In this document: positions 25,665 through 32,655 of the stretch, piece after piece
Layout of the letters: each line of letters starts with the position of its first letter
How positions within the stretch are numbered: the first letter of the stretch is position 1
IMG/VR virus record: IMGVR_UViG_3300037458_001347
Span: 1-32,655 of that record
DNA: 32,655 nt
Direction: 5' to 3' (one strand)
Source: a virus
Lineage: Duplodnaviria; Caudoviricetes
Position numbers and translations under genes: made by a program
The notes under the pieces: generated by a model
Database searches by the model: none
What the model was told of the DNA's origin: nothing
Seen by the model: the letters and a program-made list of their open reading frames with translations, nothing else

Positions 25665-27307
25665 GGCGTGACGTAGCCTCGCAGGTCAGGTGGGGCCCCC
25701 CAGGCCGCGGGCGCGGCGGCGCGCCGGCGGGGCCGCGTGCCGATGTGCACGCTGGCCATGCCGCTGGTGGCGGCCATCCACAGCATGTGCAGCGCGTCGG
25801 GGCCGTCGTCGTGGTCGGCCTTGGGAAAGTGCCTCAGCTGGTCGATCAGCACCGTCTGCGACGCGTGCAGCCGGATCAGGCCGTTCTTGACGTGCGGCTG
25901 CAGGCTCTCGATGCGCAGCAGCTTGTCGGCCACGGGCTGCACCGCGCGCGCCGGCAGCGGCACGCCGGCGGCGGCGGCGCGCTTGACGAGCTCGGTGCGC
26001 AGGAACTCCTGGAACTGCACCGCCTCCACCACCCACAGCAGGCAGCGGTACTCGCGCTGAAGCGCGATGGTGTCCTCGATGATGCGGTCGGGCAGGCGGC
26101 GGCGGATGTCGGCCACCACGACGTCGAGCACGCCGGTGGCGCGGTTGAGCCCGCCCACCAGCAGCGCGCTCGGGTCGCGCCCCGCGCCCGCCTTGCCCAG
26201 GCTCGGGTCCACCGCGCCGTAGAACAGCCACTCGGGCAGCCGGTTGACCCAGAAGGTGATGCAGCCGGCGAAGGGCGCGTTCTCGCCCGCGACGGGGTCG
26301 TTCTGGTACTCGCTGTCGAAGGTGTCGTGCCCGTCGCGCGCGCGGATCTTCATCAGCGCGAGCAGCGGCCGGGCCTCCCAGCTGACCACGGCGCCGGCCT
26401 CCAGCGCCGCCTGGTGGCGGGCGTAGAAGGCATCGGCCGGCCCCTCGCCGTCGTTGCGCAGCAGTTCCTCCCACTGCCCCCACAGCGTCATGTCGTCGGG
26501 CCACTGCAGCAGCGCGCGGAAGCGCGCGGTGCGCCACAGGGGGTTGGCCAGCGTGCGCGAGAGCACGCTGTCGTAGTGCAGGATGGTGCCGATGTACACC
26601 ACGTCGAACTTGGCGCCCGCGCCGCCCAGGGGCAGCACCGTCTTGCCCAGCCAGGCCTGCAGCTTGTCGCGCTGCTCGGGGTTGCGCACCTGCTCGTCGT
26701 TCTCGATGTCGTCGAGCACGCACAGGTCGGGCCGGTAGGGGCCGTGGCGCAGGCCGCGCAGCTTCTTGCCGCTGCCGGCCACCTGCACCTTGGCGCCGGC
26801 CTTGGTGACGATGGTGCCGGCCTGCCACACGCGGCCCTGGCCCACCTGGTCTGGGAAGTCGAGCGCCAGGCGGGGGTTGAACTCGAGCTCGGCCTTGATG
26901 GCCTCCAGCATCGGGTAGGCCTGGTCGATGCTGTCCATCACCACCACCGGGAAGCGCTTGCGCCCGGTGACGAGGCACCACAGCACGAAGAGCTGGCTCA
27001 CGAGCGTGCTCTTGGCCTCGCCGCGCGGCGCGGCGATGGCGTCCGTCTGCCCGCTGGCGGCGGCCACGATCTCGGGCAGCCGGCGGAACAGGTACTCGTG
27101 CAGCTGGCTGCGGTGTGTACTGCGAATGTAGTGCGGAAAGTACGTGGCGCAGAAGAACCCGTAGTCCGCCTGCGCCTGCGTGCGCCGCGCCTGCACCTCG
27201 GCCGGGTCGGGCCGGAACCCCGTGACCTCGGCCTCGATGCGCTGGCGCAGGCTGGCGGCCAGGGCGGCCAGGTCGGCCGCGAAGGTGGCGGAACGGGTCT
27301 TGACCAT
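25661..27307 (-). CDS. terL: Terminase large subunit
   Basis: Walker A APRGEAKST, RPDLCVLDDIEND, IGTILH, RNase H-like AVDPSLG and HDDGPDAL. Confidence 0.96.
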   Translation of the reverse strand: MVKTRSATFAADLAALAASLRQRIEAEVTGFRPDPAEVQARRTQAQADYGFFCATYFPHYIRSTHRSQLHEYLFRRLPEIVAAASGQTDAIAAPRGEAKSTLVSQLFVLWCLVTGRKRFPVVVMDSIDQAYPMLEAIKAELEFNPRLALDFPDQVGQGRVWQAGTIVTKAGAKVQVAGSGKKLRGLRHGPYRPDLCVLDDIENDEQVRNPEQRDKLQAWLGKTVLPLGGAGAKFDVVYIGTILHYDSVLSRTLANPLWRTARFRALLQWPDDMTLWGQWEELLRNDGEGPADAFYARHQAALEAGAVVSWEARPLLALMKIRARDGHDTFDSEYQNDPVAGENAPFAGCITFWVNRLPEWLFYGAVDPSLGKAGAGRDPSALLVGGLNRATGVLDVVVADIRRRLPDRIIEDTIALQREYRCLLWVVEAVQFQEFLRTELVKRAAAAGVPLPARAVQPVADKLLRIESLQPHVKNGLIRLHASQTVLIDQLRHFPKADHDDGPDALHMLWMAATSGMASVHIGTRPRRRAAAPAAWGAPPDLRGYVTP

Positions 27308-27319
27308 CGGGGCCCCGCC

Positions 27320-27826
27320 TCAGCCGTAGGCCTTGGCCAGGTCGGGGCCGAAGGCCTCGATCGTCTCCACCAGCTCGGCCGCGAAGGGCCCCGGCTTGCG
27401 CGCCATGGTGTACTCGGCCAGGCGCTGCAGCACGTCCATGGCGACGGCGTACTTGTCGGTGGCCGGCATCAGCCGCTTGGCCGCGGCGTGCGCCTTGGCC
27501 AGGCTGTCGGTGAGGCTGCCCACGGCCTTGGTGGCTTCCACCGGGTCGATGGTGGCGGCGTCGGCGGCGATCTGCTCGAGCAGCGCCTCGCAGCGCATCA
27601 GCACCGCGGCGGCCACGCGGCCCATGGCCTGGTCGAACTGGCCGCCGGCGACGATCATGGAGGCCCGCTGGAACTTGTCCCAGTCGTCGCCCTGGGCCAT
27701 GGCGTCGGCCTTCCAGCGCCGCGCGGTGGCCAGCGGCACGCCGGCCTTCTGGGCCGCCTGCTCGATGGGCAGGCCGCCCAGGAAGGCGGCGCGCAGCGCG
27801 ATGCGGGTCTCGCGGGGGTGGGCCAT
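27320..27826 (-). CDS. DUF1804-like HTH protein (probable terminase small subunit)
   Basis: MAHP.ETR, TARRWK..A..GDDWDK.RA; directly upstream of terL. Confidence 0.85.
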   Translation of the reverse strand: MAHPRETRIALRAAFLGGLPIEQAAQKAGVPLATARRWKADAMAQGDDWDKFQRASMIVAGGQFDQAMGRVAAAVLMRCEALLEQIAADAATIDPVEATKAVGSLTDSLAKAHAAAKRLMPATDKYAVAMDVLQRLAEYTMARKPGPFAAELVETIEAFGPDLAKAYG

Positions 27827-27832
27827 GCCGGG

Positions 27833-28093
27833 CTACTCTCCGGGCCAGGGCGCCGAGCGGCGCGCCACGTCGCGCCCGCGCTCGGTGATCTGCGCCGTGT
27901 CGTGCGCCACCTGGGCAAAGCCCTGCTCGGCAAGCCAGCTCAGATCCCCGCGCAGCTGGTCGGCGCTGGTGGCGATGCTGTGCACCAGCTCCATCTCGCG
28001 CACCAGCTCGCGCACGGTGGCGGTGGCGCCAGAAGCGAAGAAGAGCGTCGCCAGCAGGCTGCGGCGGCGCACGTCGGCAGAGGGCTGGATCAC
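27833..28093 (-). CDS. Mu gp26-like winged-helix small protein
   Basis: DQLRGDLSWLAEQG...ITERGRDVA motif; synteny. Confidence 0.8.
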   Translation of the reverse strand: MIQPSADVRRRSLLATLFFASGATATVRELVREMELVHSIATSADQLRGDLSWLAEQGFAQVAHDTAQITERGRDVARRSAPWPGE

Positions 28094-28096
28094 CGT

Positions 28097-28420
28097 CTAC
28101 TCCCGCACCAGGCGCGCCAGCAGCAGGCGCAGGTTGTCGTTCATCTGCTGCTGCTGGCCCACCAGCTGGTGCACCTGCTGCGCGATCGAGCGCAGGTCAG
28201 CGTAGACCTGGTCCAGGTGGTCGTGCGTGATGGCCTGCTCGGTCTGCCCGAGCAGGCGGTTGAGCTGGCCCTCGTGCTCCTGGATCTTCGCGCGCAGCGA
28301 CACCTCGATCTCGTGCAGCCGCGCCGAGTTGGCCTTCTCTCCGTTGGCTCGCATGTTGTGCAGCGTCAGCACCAGGTTGATGGCGGCGACGCAGGTGATC
28401 AGGATCTCGTAGATGCTCAT
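28097..28420 (-). CDS. Membrane-anchored coiled-coil protein (Mu gp25/DUF2730-like position)
   Basis: 107 aa from ATG 28420 (ATGA overlap); N-terminal TM segment then coiled coil. Confidence 0.7.
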   Translation of the reverse strand: MSIYEILITCVAAINLVLTLHNMRANGEKANSARLHEIEVSLRAKIQEHEGQLNRLLGQTEQAITHDHLDQVYADLRSIAQQVHQLVGQQQQMNDNLRLLLARLVRE

Positions 28421-29010
28421 GGCGCGTGCGCCGCAGCGCCGGTGCTGTAGTCGATCAGCGCGTGCAGGCGCGCGCGGCACGTTTCGTACTGGGCCCCTGC
28501 GTGCAGGATCCAGCGCGCGATGGCGGTGTCGTCGCTCACGGGCTCGAGCCCGACGCCGGAGGCGCGGAGGCCGGGCCCGGCGATGCTGCTGGCGTCGGCA
28601 TCGGCTCCAGCCGCGCCGGGATCGGCGGCAGCGGCGGCATGCGCTGCAGCAGCGCTGGCGGCGGCGGCGGGCACCACGGCAACCCGGAGCCCGGGGGCGC
28701 CGTCGAGCACGCGCAGAGCGCGGCTGCCGAGGCAAGCGCGGCCAGTCGTGGCACGGGCAATCGCATCGTCTCTCTCCTGGGTGAGTTGGGCGCGCTCGGC
28801 TTCGGCGGCGAGCAGCCGCGCCGAGAGCTCGTCGCCCAGGCGCTGCGCCTCGCGCAGCTGGGTCAGCACCCGGCGGTTGTGGGCCAGTTCGGCCTCGGCC
28901 TGCTCGGCGCGGGCGTCGGCATGGCGCCAGGCCTGCCAGGCGCCCACCGGCAGCACCAGCACCGCGGCGCCGATCAGCAGCCACAGCAGGGCGCGGGCGG
29001 GCAGCGTCAC
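28417..29010 (-). CDS. Inner-membrane spanin (Rz-like)
   Basis: GTGA overlap with the endolysin; N-terminal TM segment, coiled coil, C-terminal YETCRARLHALID. Confidence 0.8.
   Translation of the reverse strand: MTLPARALLWLLIGAAVLVLPVGAWQAWRHADARAEQAEAELAHNRRVLTQLREAQRLGDELSARLLAAEAERAQLTQERDDAIARATTGRACLGSRALRVLDGAPGLRVAVVPAAAASAAAAHAAAAADPGAAGADADASSIAGPGLRASGVGLEPVSDDTAIARWILHAGAQYETCRARLHALIDYSTGAAAHAP
28536..28766 (-). CDS. Outer-membrane lipoprotein spanin (Rz1-like), embedded in Rz in another frame
   Basis: Signal peptide + lipobox-like ALCAC, Pro-rich CPPPPPALL mature part. Confidence 0.8.
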   Translation of the reverse strand: MRLPVPRLAALASAAALCACSTAPPGSGLPWCPPPPPALLQRMPPLPPIPARLEPMPTPAASPGPASAPPASGSSP

Positions 29011-29714
29011 GGCGTCACCTCCACCACGCGGCCCCAGGTGGAGTAACGCGGCTGCAGCTGCAGCAGGATGCGGCGCGGGTACCCCAGGTTCTCCGGGCAG
29101 TGGATCGGGTGGCGGCGCGCGCTGCCGCAGGCGGCATCCACCGCGGCGCGGCTGGCGCCGGCGGCGCGGCGCGCCTCGTCCCGCCAGTGGCCCAGGCCGC
29201 CGTTGTAGCTGCGCATCGTGGCCCACAGGCGATCGGGCTCGGCGCCGGCGACGGCCAGGCGATCGAACAGCCATCGGTCGTAGCCCACCATCGCGCGCAG
29301 GGCCCAGTCGGGGTTGTGCGGCAGGCAGTCAGCACCCTCGGCGCCCTTCGTGCGGCACCACCAGGCGGCGGTGGCCGGCATGAACTGCGCGAGCCCCTGC
29401 GCCCCGACCCGGCTCACGGCCTGCGGCTGCCAGGCACTCTCGGCGTGCACCTGGGCGGCCAGCGCAGCCACCGGCGCCTGCAGGCCCCACTGGGTGTGTG
29501 CTGCGCGCACGAGCGGCCCGCGAAAGCGCGCAGCCTGCGGCGGCGGCATCGACACCGGCGCCGTTGCCGTTGCCGCATGCGCCGGAGGCAGCAGCAGGGC
29601 CGCGACGACCAGCACGACGGCGAGCACCGCCGACAGCAGCGCAACCCCGAGTACGGCCATGACGGCCAGCACCATCTTGCGTGAGGCAGTGAATTCGTCG
29701 CCGCTCACGATCAC
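29007..29714 (-). CDS. Endolysin, soluble lytic transglycosylase (SLT) family, with N-terminal hydrophobic signal/anchor
   Basis: QVHAESAW (catalytic Glu), GAQGLAQFMPATA, SYNGGLG, ENLGYPRRI; start inferred from GTGA overlap. Confidence 0.9.
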   Translation of the reverse strand: MIVSGDEFTASRKMVLAVMAVLGVALLSAVLAVVLVVAALLLPPAHAATATAPVSMPPPQAARFRGPLVRAAHTQWGLQAPVAALAAQVHAESAWQPQAVSRVGAQGLAQFMPATAAWWCRTKGAEGADCLPHNPDWALRAMVGYDRWLFDRLAVAGAEPDRLWATMRSYNGGLGHWRDEARRAAGASRAAVDAACGSARRHPIHCPENLGYPRRILLQLQPRYSTWGRVVEVTP

Positions 29715-30076
29715 GCCCCCAGGCTGATGGCCAGCATGGCCGCGGCAACGACGATCGCGCGCCGCAGCATGGCCACGCAGACCACCAGCCACAGCAGCGT
29801 GAGCGATGCGCGATGCCCGGTGTGATGAGGGGCCGGGAACAGCCGATCGGGCCGCGCGTACGGGAACATGCTGCGGTCGATCCAGTAGCCCGTGACCGCG
29901 GCCAGGCTGATCAGCGACAGCTTGTAGACCGTGACCGGCAGCTGCTGCGGCGCGATCCACCACACGCCCAGCGACAGCAGCAGCGCTGCCGCGCCCCAGC
30001 CGGCCATGCGCGGCAGCGTCAGGCGCCGCGGCGCGGCTGTCTCGTCGTCTTGCGGGGTGGGCGGCTCATGCGGCAT
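29711..30076 (-). CDS. Putative holin (2/3-TM family)
   Basis: PQQLPVTVYKLSLISLAAVTGYWIDRSMFPYARP...RRAIVVAAAMLAISLGA. Confidence 0.9.
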   Translation of the reverse strand: MPHEPPTPQDDETAAPRRLTLPRMAGWGAAALLLSLGVWWIAPQQLPVTVYKLSLISLAAVTGYWIDRSMFPYARPDRLFPAPHHTGHRASLTLLWLVVCVAMLRRAIVVAAAMLAISLGA

Positions 30077-30129
30077 GGCGCGGCATCGTCGTCGCGCGCG
30101 CGCGGAGCCGTCAGAGGGGAGTGCTTCAG
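30077..30129 (-). promoter_or_regulatory. Candidate Mor/C-activated late promoter (Plys-like, leaderless)
   Basis: CTGAAGCACTCCCCTCTGACG-N17-C-GACGAT-N8-ATG. Confidence 0.7.
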
Positions 30130-30178
30130 CGGGGCCGAGCGGCCGGCACGCCGTAGGCGCGCCGGATGTATGCCATGC

Positions 30179-30382
30179 TCACGAACGCCGCCAGAAGGGC
30201 AGCCGCGCCGCTCTCTCGGTCGACGACACCCGCACGCCATCGGCTGGCATGGCGGCAGCGGTCGCGGCATCCCAGCACCGGCGCAGCATGCGCAGCTCCA
30301 TGCTGCCGTCGGCAGGCAAGAACTGGCCCGCACCGCGCGCACGCTCGGCGCGCATCCAGTCATCGAAGGTCATCTGCTCCAC
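30179..30382 (-). CDS. Small hypothetical protein (67 aa)
   Basis: RBS GAGGAG upstream of GTG; follows the previous stop by 3 nt. Confidence 0.6.
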   Translation of the reverse strand: MEQMTFDDWMRAERARGAGQFLPADGSMELRMLRRCWDAATAAAMPADGVRVSSTERAARLPFWRRS

Positions 30383-30385
30383 CGT

Positions 30386-30811
30386 CTACTCCTCGGGTCG
30401 TCCCGCCAGGCCATCCACCGCATAGAGCAGGTGGTGGCCCCGCATCCATCGCTGGTCGACGTACGGCACACCGGCCGGCAGGTGCCAGCGCAGAACGCCG
30501 TTGACGACCTCGGCCACAGGCTGTGCAGCCAGCCGTGCGCTCTGCTGGTCTCGCTGCCAGGCGCGCCAGGCCTCGAGCTTGGCCTCTGGCGGCCAGCGCA
30601 TCCGCATCTTGGCTGCGATGCGGCGCATGGCCGACTTCACGGTCAGCGGGGTAATGCCGAGCTGTCTGGCCGCGACCTTGTAGCCGTCCGAGGCGCACAC
30701 GGCCGTGATCACCTCGGCCTCGCGCGCCGTCAGGCCCCAAGGGTTCGGGGCCTTGGCGGCACGCGCGATCTCCGCGAACCGCTCGAGGTGCTCTTGCGTC
30801 ACGGCGCTCAT
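30386..30811 (-). CDS. LuxR/GerE-type HTH protein (141 aa)
   Basis: WGLTAREAEVI...YKVAARQLGITPLTVKSAMRRIAAKM; ATGA overlap at 30808-30811. Confidence 0.8.
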   Translation of the reverse strand: MSAVTQEHLERFAEIARAAKAPNPWGLTAREAEVITAVCASDGYKVAARQLGITPLTVKSAMRRIAAKMRMRWPPEAKLEAWRAWQRDQQSARLAAQPVAEVVNGVLRWHLPAGVPYVDQRWMRGHHLLYAVDGLAGRPEE

Positions 30812-31011
30812 CCCGCTGTCTGCCCAGTAGCCGCGGGCAGACTCGGCACCTCGATCGGCCGCCATGCCCTGCAGCCCTCCCATGGGTGCATCCACTGGCC
30901 GCGCAGAAGCGACTGGAACGACCTGCACACGGCGAGAGCGACTCGCGGGCCGTTGCAGACCCGCTCCGCCGGGTCGATGCTCAGGTCGCGGCAATCGATG
31001 CACAGGTTCAT
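30808..31011 (-). CDS. Small Cys-rich protein (67 aa)
   Basis: MNLCIDC...C...C...GC; ATGA overlaps on both sides. Confidence 0.65.
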   Translation of the reverse strand: MNLCIDCRDLSIDPAERVCNGPRVALAVCRSFQSLLRGQWMHPWEGCRAWRPIEVPSLPAATGQTAG

Positions 31012-31562
31012 GCCGCCCCCCTGCTGCGGGTGGGCAGCCGGGCCGGATCCAGCCGCCACACCCGCGTCTCGGTGGCCGTGATGCGCCTGAGCGTGAGCGT
31101 CACGCCGCTCTTGCGCGCCGCCAGCGCCAGGCTGCGGGCGTGGTTGTCGTGCAGCACCACCGACGCACCCGGCTGCATGCGCTGCAGCACCTGCTCCCAC
31201 AGCAGCCGTTCCGGGCGCGGCTTGACGGGCGGCCCGACGGGCACGTCGGCCTCGATCACGATGCTGGCGATGTCGGGCAGCGGCGGCGCCTTGACTCTCG
31301 GGCGCTTGTCCTTGCGCACCGCGGCGCCGGCCAGGCGCCCGGCGTCGAACACGCTGGCCGCCACTCCGGCCGGCCGTTGCACGCCGGCCTCGGCGACGGT
31401 GCTCTGCAGGTGCACGAAGCTCAGCTTCTCGCGGCCGTCCACCGCCGCGTCGTCGTCCTCATCGTCGGCGCCCTGCTGCTTCTGCTCCATGAAATTGCGG
31501 ATGCTGGCCTGCGTGCCGCCGATGCCGTTGCGCGGGCCGGCGGGCTTGCTGATGCGGGTCAT
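31008..31562 (-). CDS. Hypothetical protein (184 aa), possible C-terminal DNA-binding domain
   Basis: TGATG overlap with gam; IVIEADVP...LQRMQPGASV...TRVWRL. Confidence 0.7.
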   Translation of the reverse strand: MTRISKPAGPRNGIGGTQASIRNFMEQKQQGADDEDDDAAVDGREKLSFVHLQSTVAEAGVQRPAGVAASVFDAGRLAGAAVRKDKRPRVKAPPLPDIASIVIEADVPVGPPVKPRPERLLWEQVLQRMQPGASVVLHDNHARSLALAARKSGVTLTLRRITATETRVWRLDPARLPTRSRGAA

Positions 31563-32095
31563 CAGGCCACCTCCGGCGACGCAGGCACCTCGAAGGGCGT
31601 GATCACGAAGTCCTCGACGCCGGTGACGATGCTCACGCCGGCCAGGCCGCGCACGGCGTCGGGCTCGGCGAGCATCGCCTCCTTGTTGACCTCGCGCTTG
31701 GTGCGGATGAAGCGCTCGAGCCCCATCCGCTCGAGGGTGTCGAGCACGGTGTCGACGCCGCGCACGCTGACGCTGGGCGGGCGCTGCCGCCAGCTCACCT
31801 CGCCGGTGACGAGGTTGGCCGTCTTGCCCAGGCGGTCGCCCTCGCCGCACAGCTCCACGCGGTGGCTCTCGCACCAGGTCTGGATGCCGGCCTGCAGCGC
31901 CGTGATGCGCTGCGTCAGAGAGTCCATGAGCGGCGCAAAGTCCTCGGTGATCGAGGCGATGAGGTCGTTCATCTGGGCGCGCTGGCGCTCGTACATGCGC
32001 TGCGCGTCGCCGAGCGCGCGGATCTGCGCTGCGCAATCGTCCTTGCTCTGCGGCACGCTGGCGAGCGTGGCGGGGGCCTTCATTCGGGTTGCCAT
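31562..32095 (-). CDS. gam: Mu Gam-like host-nuclease inhibitor
   Basis: GIQTWCESHRVEL, KTANLVTGEVSWRQRPPSV, FIRTKREVNKEAML, GVEDFVITPFE. Confidence 0.95.
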   Translation of the reverse strand: MATRMKAPATLASVPQSKDDCAAQIRALGDAQRMYERQRAQMNDLIASITEDFAPLMDSLTQRITALQAGIQTWCESHRVELCGEGDRLGKTANLVTGEVSWRQRPPSVSVRGVDTVLDTLERMGLERFIRTKREVNKEAMLAEPDAVRGLAGVSIVTGVEDFVITPFEVPASPEVA

Positions 32096-32655
32096 GTCGG
32101 CTGGTCCTTTGTGGTGGCTGGGGTGGGGAAGATGGATGGGGAAGATGCGGGTGAGCGCGGGGGGCGGAACAGGTCGAGCTGCTGCTCGGCCGCGGCGCCG
32201 TGGCGCCCGGGCTCCTGCAGCACGCGCTCGATCTGTCGGTAGGTCATGCCGCGGCCGGCGGCCACGAGCTCGATGCCGATCTCGTAGACCGCGGCGCGCC
32301 CGCTCATGGGCAGGCCGGGCCCGGAGCTCGAGGTGAGCCAGTCGAAGCGCGCGCGCAGCCAGCGGTTGCGCTTCTCGACCAGCAGCGCCAGGCAGGTGGG
32401 AACGTCGAGCACCTCGCCGCCGTGGTTGCGCGCAAGCGCCTCGGTGGCGGCGTCGCCGATCACCGCCTCGAGCTGCGCCCAGCGGCGCGCGCCGGCGGGG
32501 TTGGCGTTGCGGTGCCGCGGCACCTGCAGCTGCACGCCGGCCAGGCGGTGCATCAGCGCCGCGGCGGCATCCTGGCCGACGGCGCGCACCAGGTCGGCCG
32601 CGCTGGGCGGCAGCAGGTGCGCCAGCTCGTGCAGGTCGGCCGCGACCAGGTCGAA
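32080..32655 (-). CDS. Mor/C-family transcription activator (5' partial)
   Basis: Frame is open to the window edge: LLPPSAADLVRAVG..AA.ALM..LAGVQLQVP...HGGEVLDVPTC...RN...MTYRQIERVL. Confidence 0.85.
   Translation of the reverse strand, partial: FDLVAADLHELAHLLPPSAADLVRAVGQDAAAALMHRLAGVQLQVPRHRNANPAGARRWAQLEAVIGDAATEALARNHGGEVLDVPTCLALLVEKRNRWLRARFDWLTSSSGPGLPMSGRAAVYEIGIELVAAGRGMTYRQIERVLQEPGRHGAAAEQQLDLFRPPRSPASSPSIFPTPATTKDQPTWQPE

Larger units (their letters stand above)
72..32655 (-). mobile_element. Mu-like transposable prophage, siphovirus-type tail; right end at 72, continues beyond the window
   Basis: Mu-type gene set and order (Mor/C, Gam, DUF1804, TerL, DUF935 portal, gpF, gpG, gpI, gp36, gp37), terminal TG, tandem end repeats, no sheath gene. 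Confidence 0.93.

Noticed and set aside
25745-28450. 901-aa plus-strand ORF opposite terL/DUF1804
   Set aside because: Codon-aligned shadow of high-GC genes with no motifs and spanning several genes; unlike the intein antisense ORF it has no domain signal or element-matching boundaries

Overview
A high-GC window that is almost entirely the right-hand ~32.6 kb of a Mu-like (transposable) prophage with a non-contractile tail, read on the minus strand. The prophage right end (TG at 72, two 15-bp direct repeats) sits inside the 3' end of a host hrpA-like helicase gene. Reading from the right edge: Mor/C-type activator, gam, small regulators, holin/SLT endolysin/spanins, terminase, portal, MuF (gpF), gpG, an extra 7-gene structural-looking cassette, a counter-oriented c4-like RNA + 2-gene cassette, protease/scaffold, capsid, head-tail joining genes, tail tube, frameshifted chaperones, tape measure and tail-tip genes. 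Most striking: MuF carries a 314-aa intein (23614-22673) with no recognisable in-frame endonuclease. Instead, the opposite strand of the intein encodes an intact 278-aa 2xHTH + Vsr/DUF559-like nuclease ORF, codon-aligned, fully nested, with its own candidate sigma70 promoter. This suggests an intein whose homing endonuclease is encoded antisense. All family assignments come from motif recognition and synteny, not database searches.
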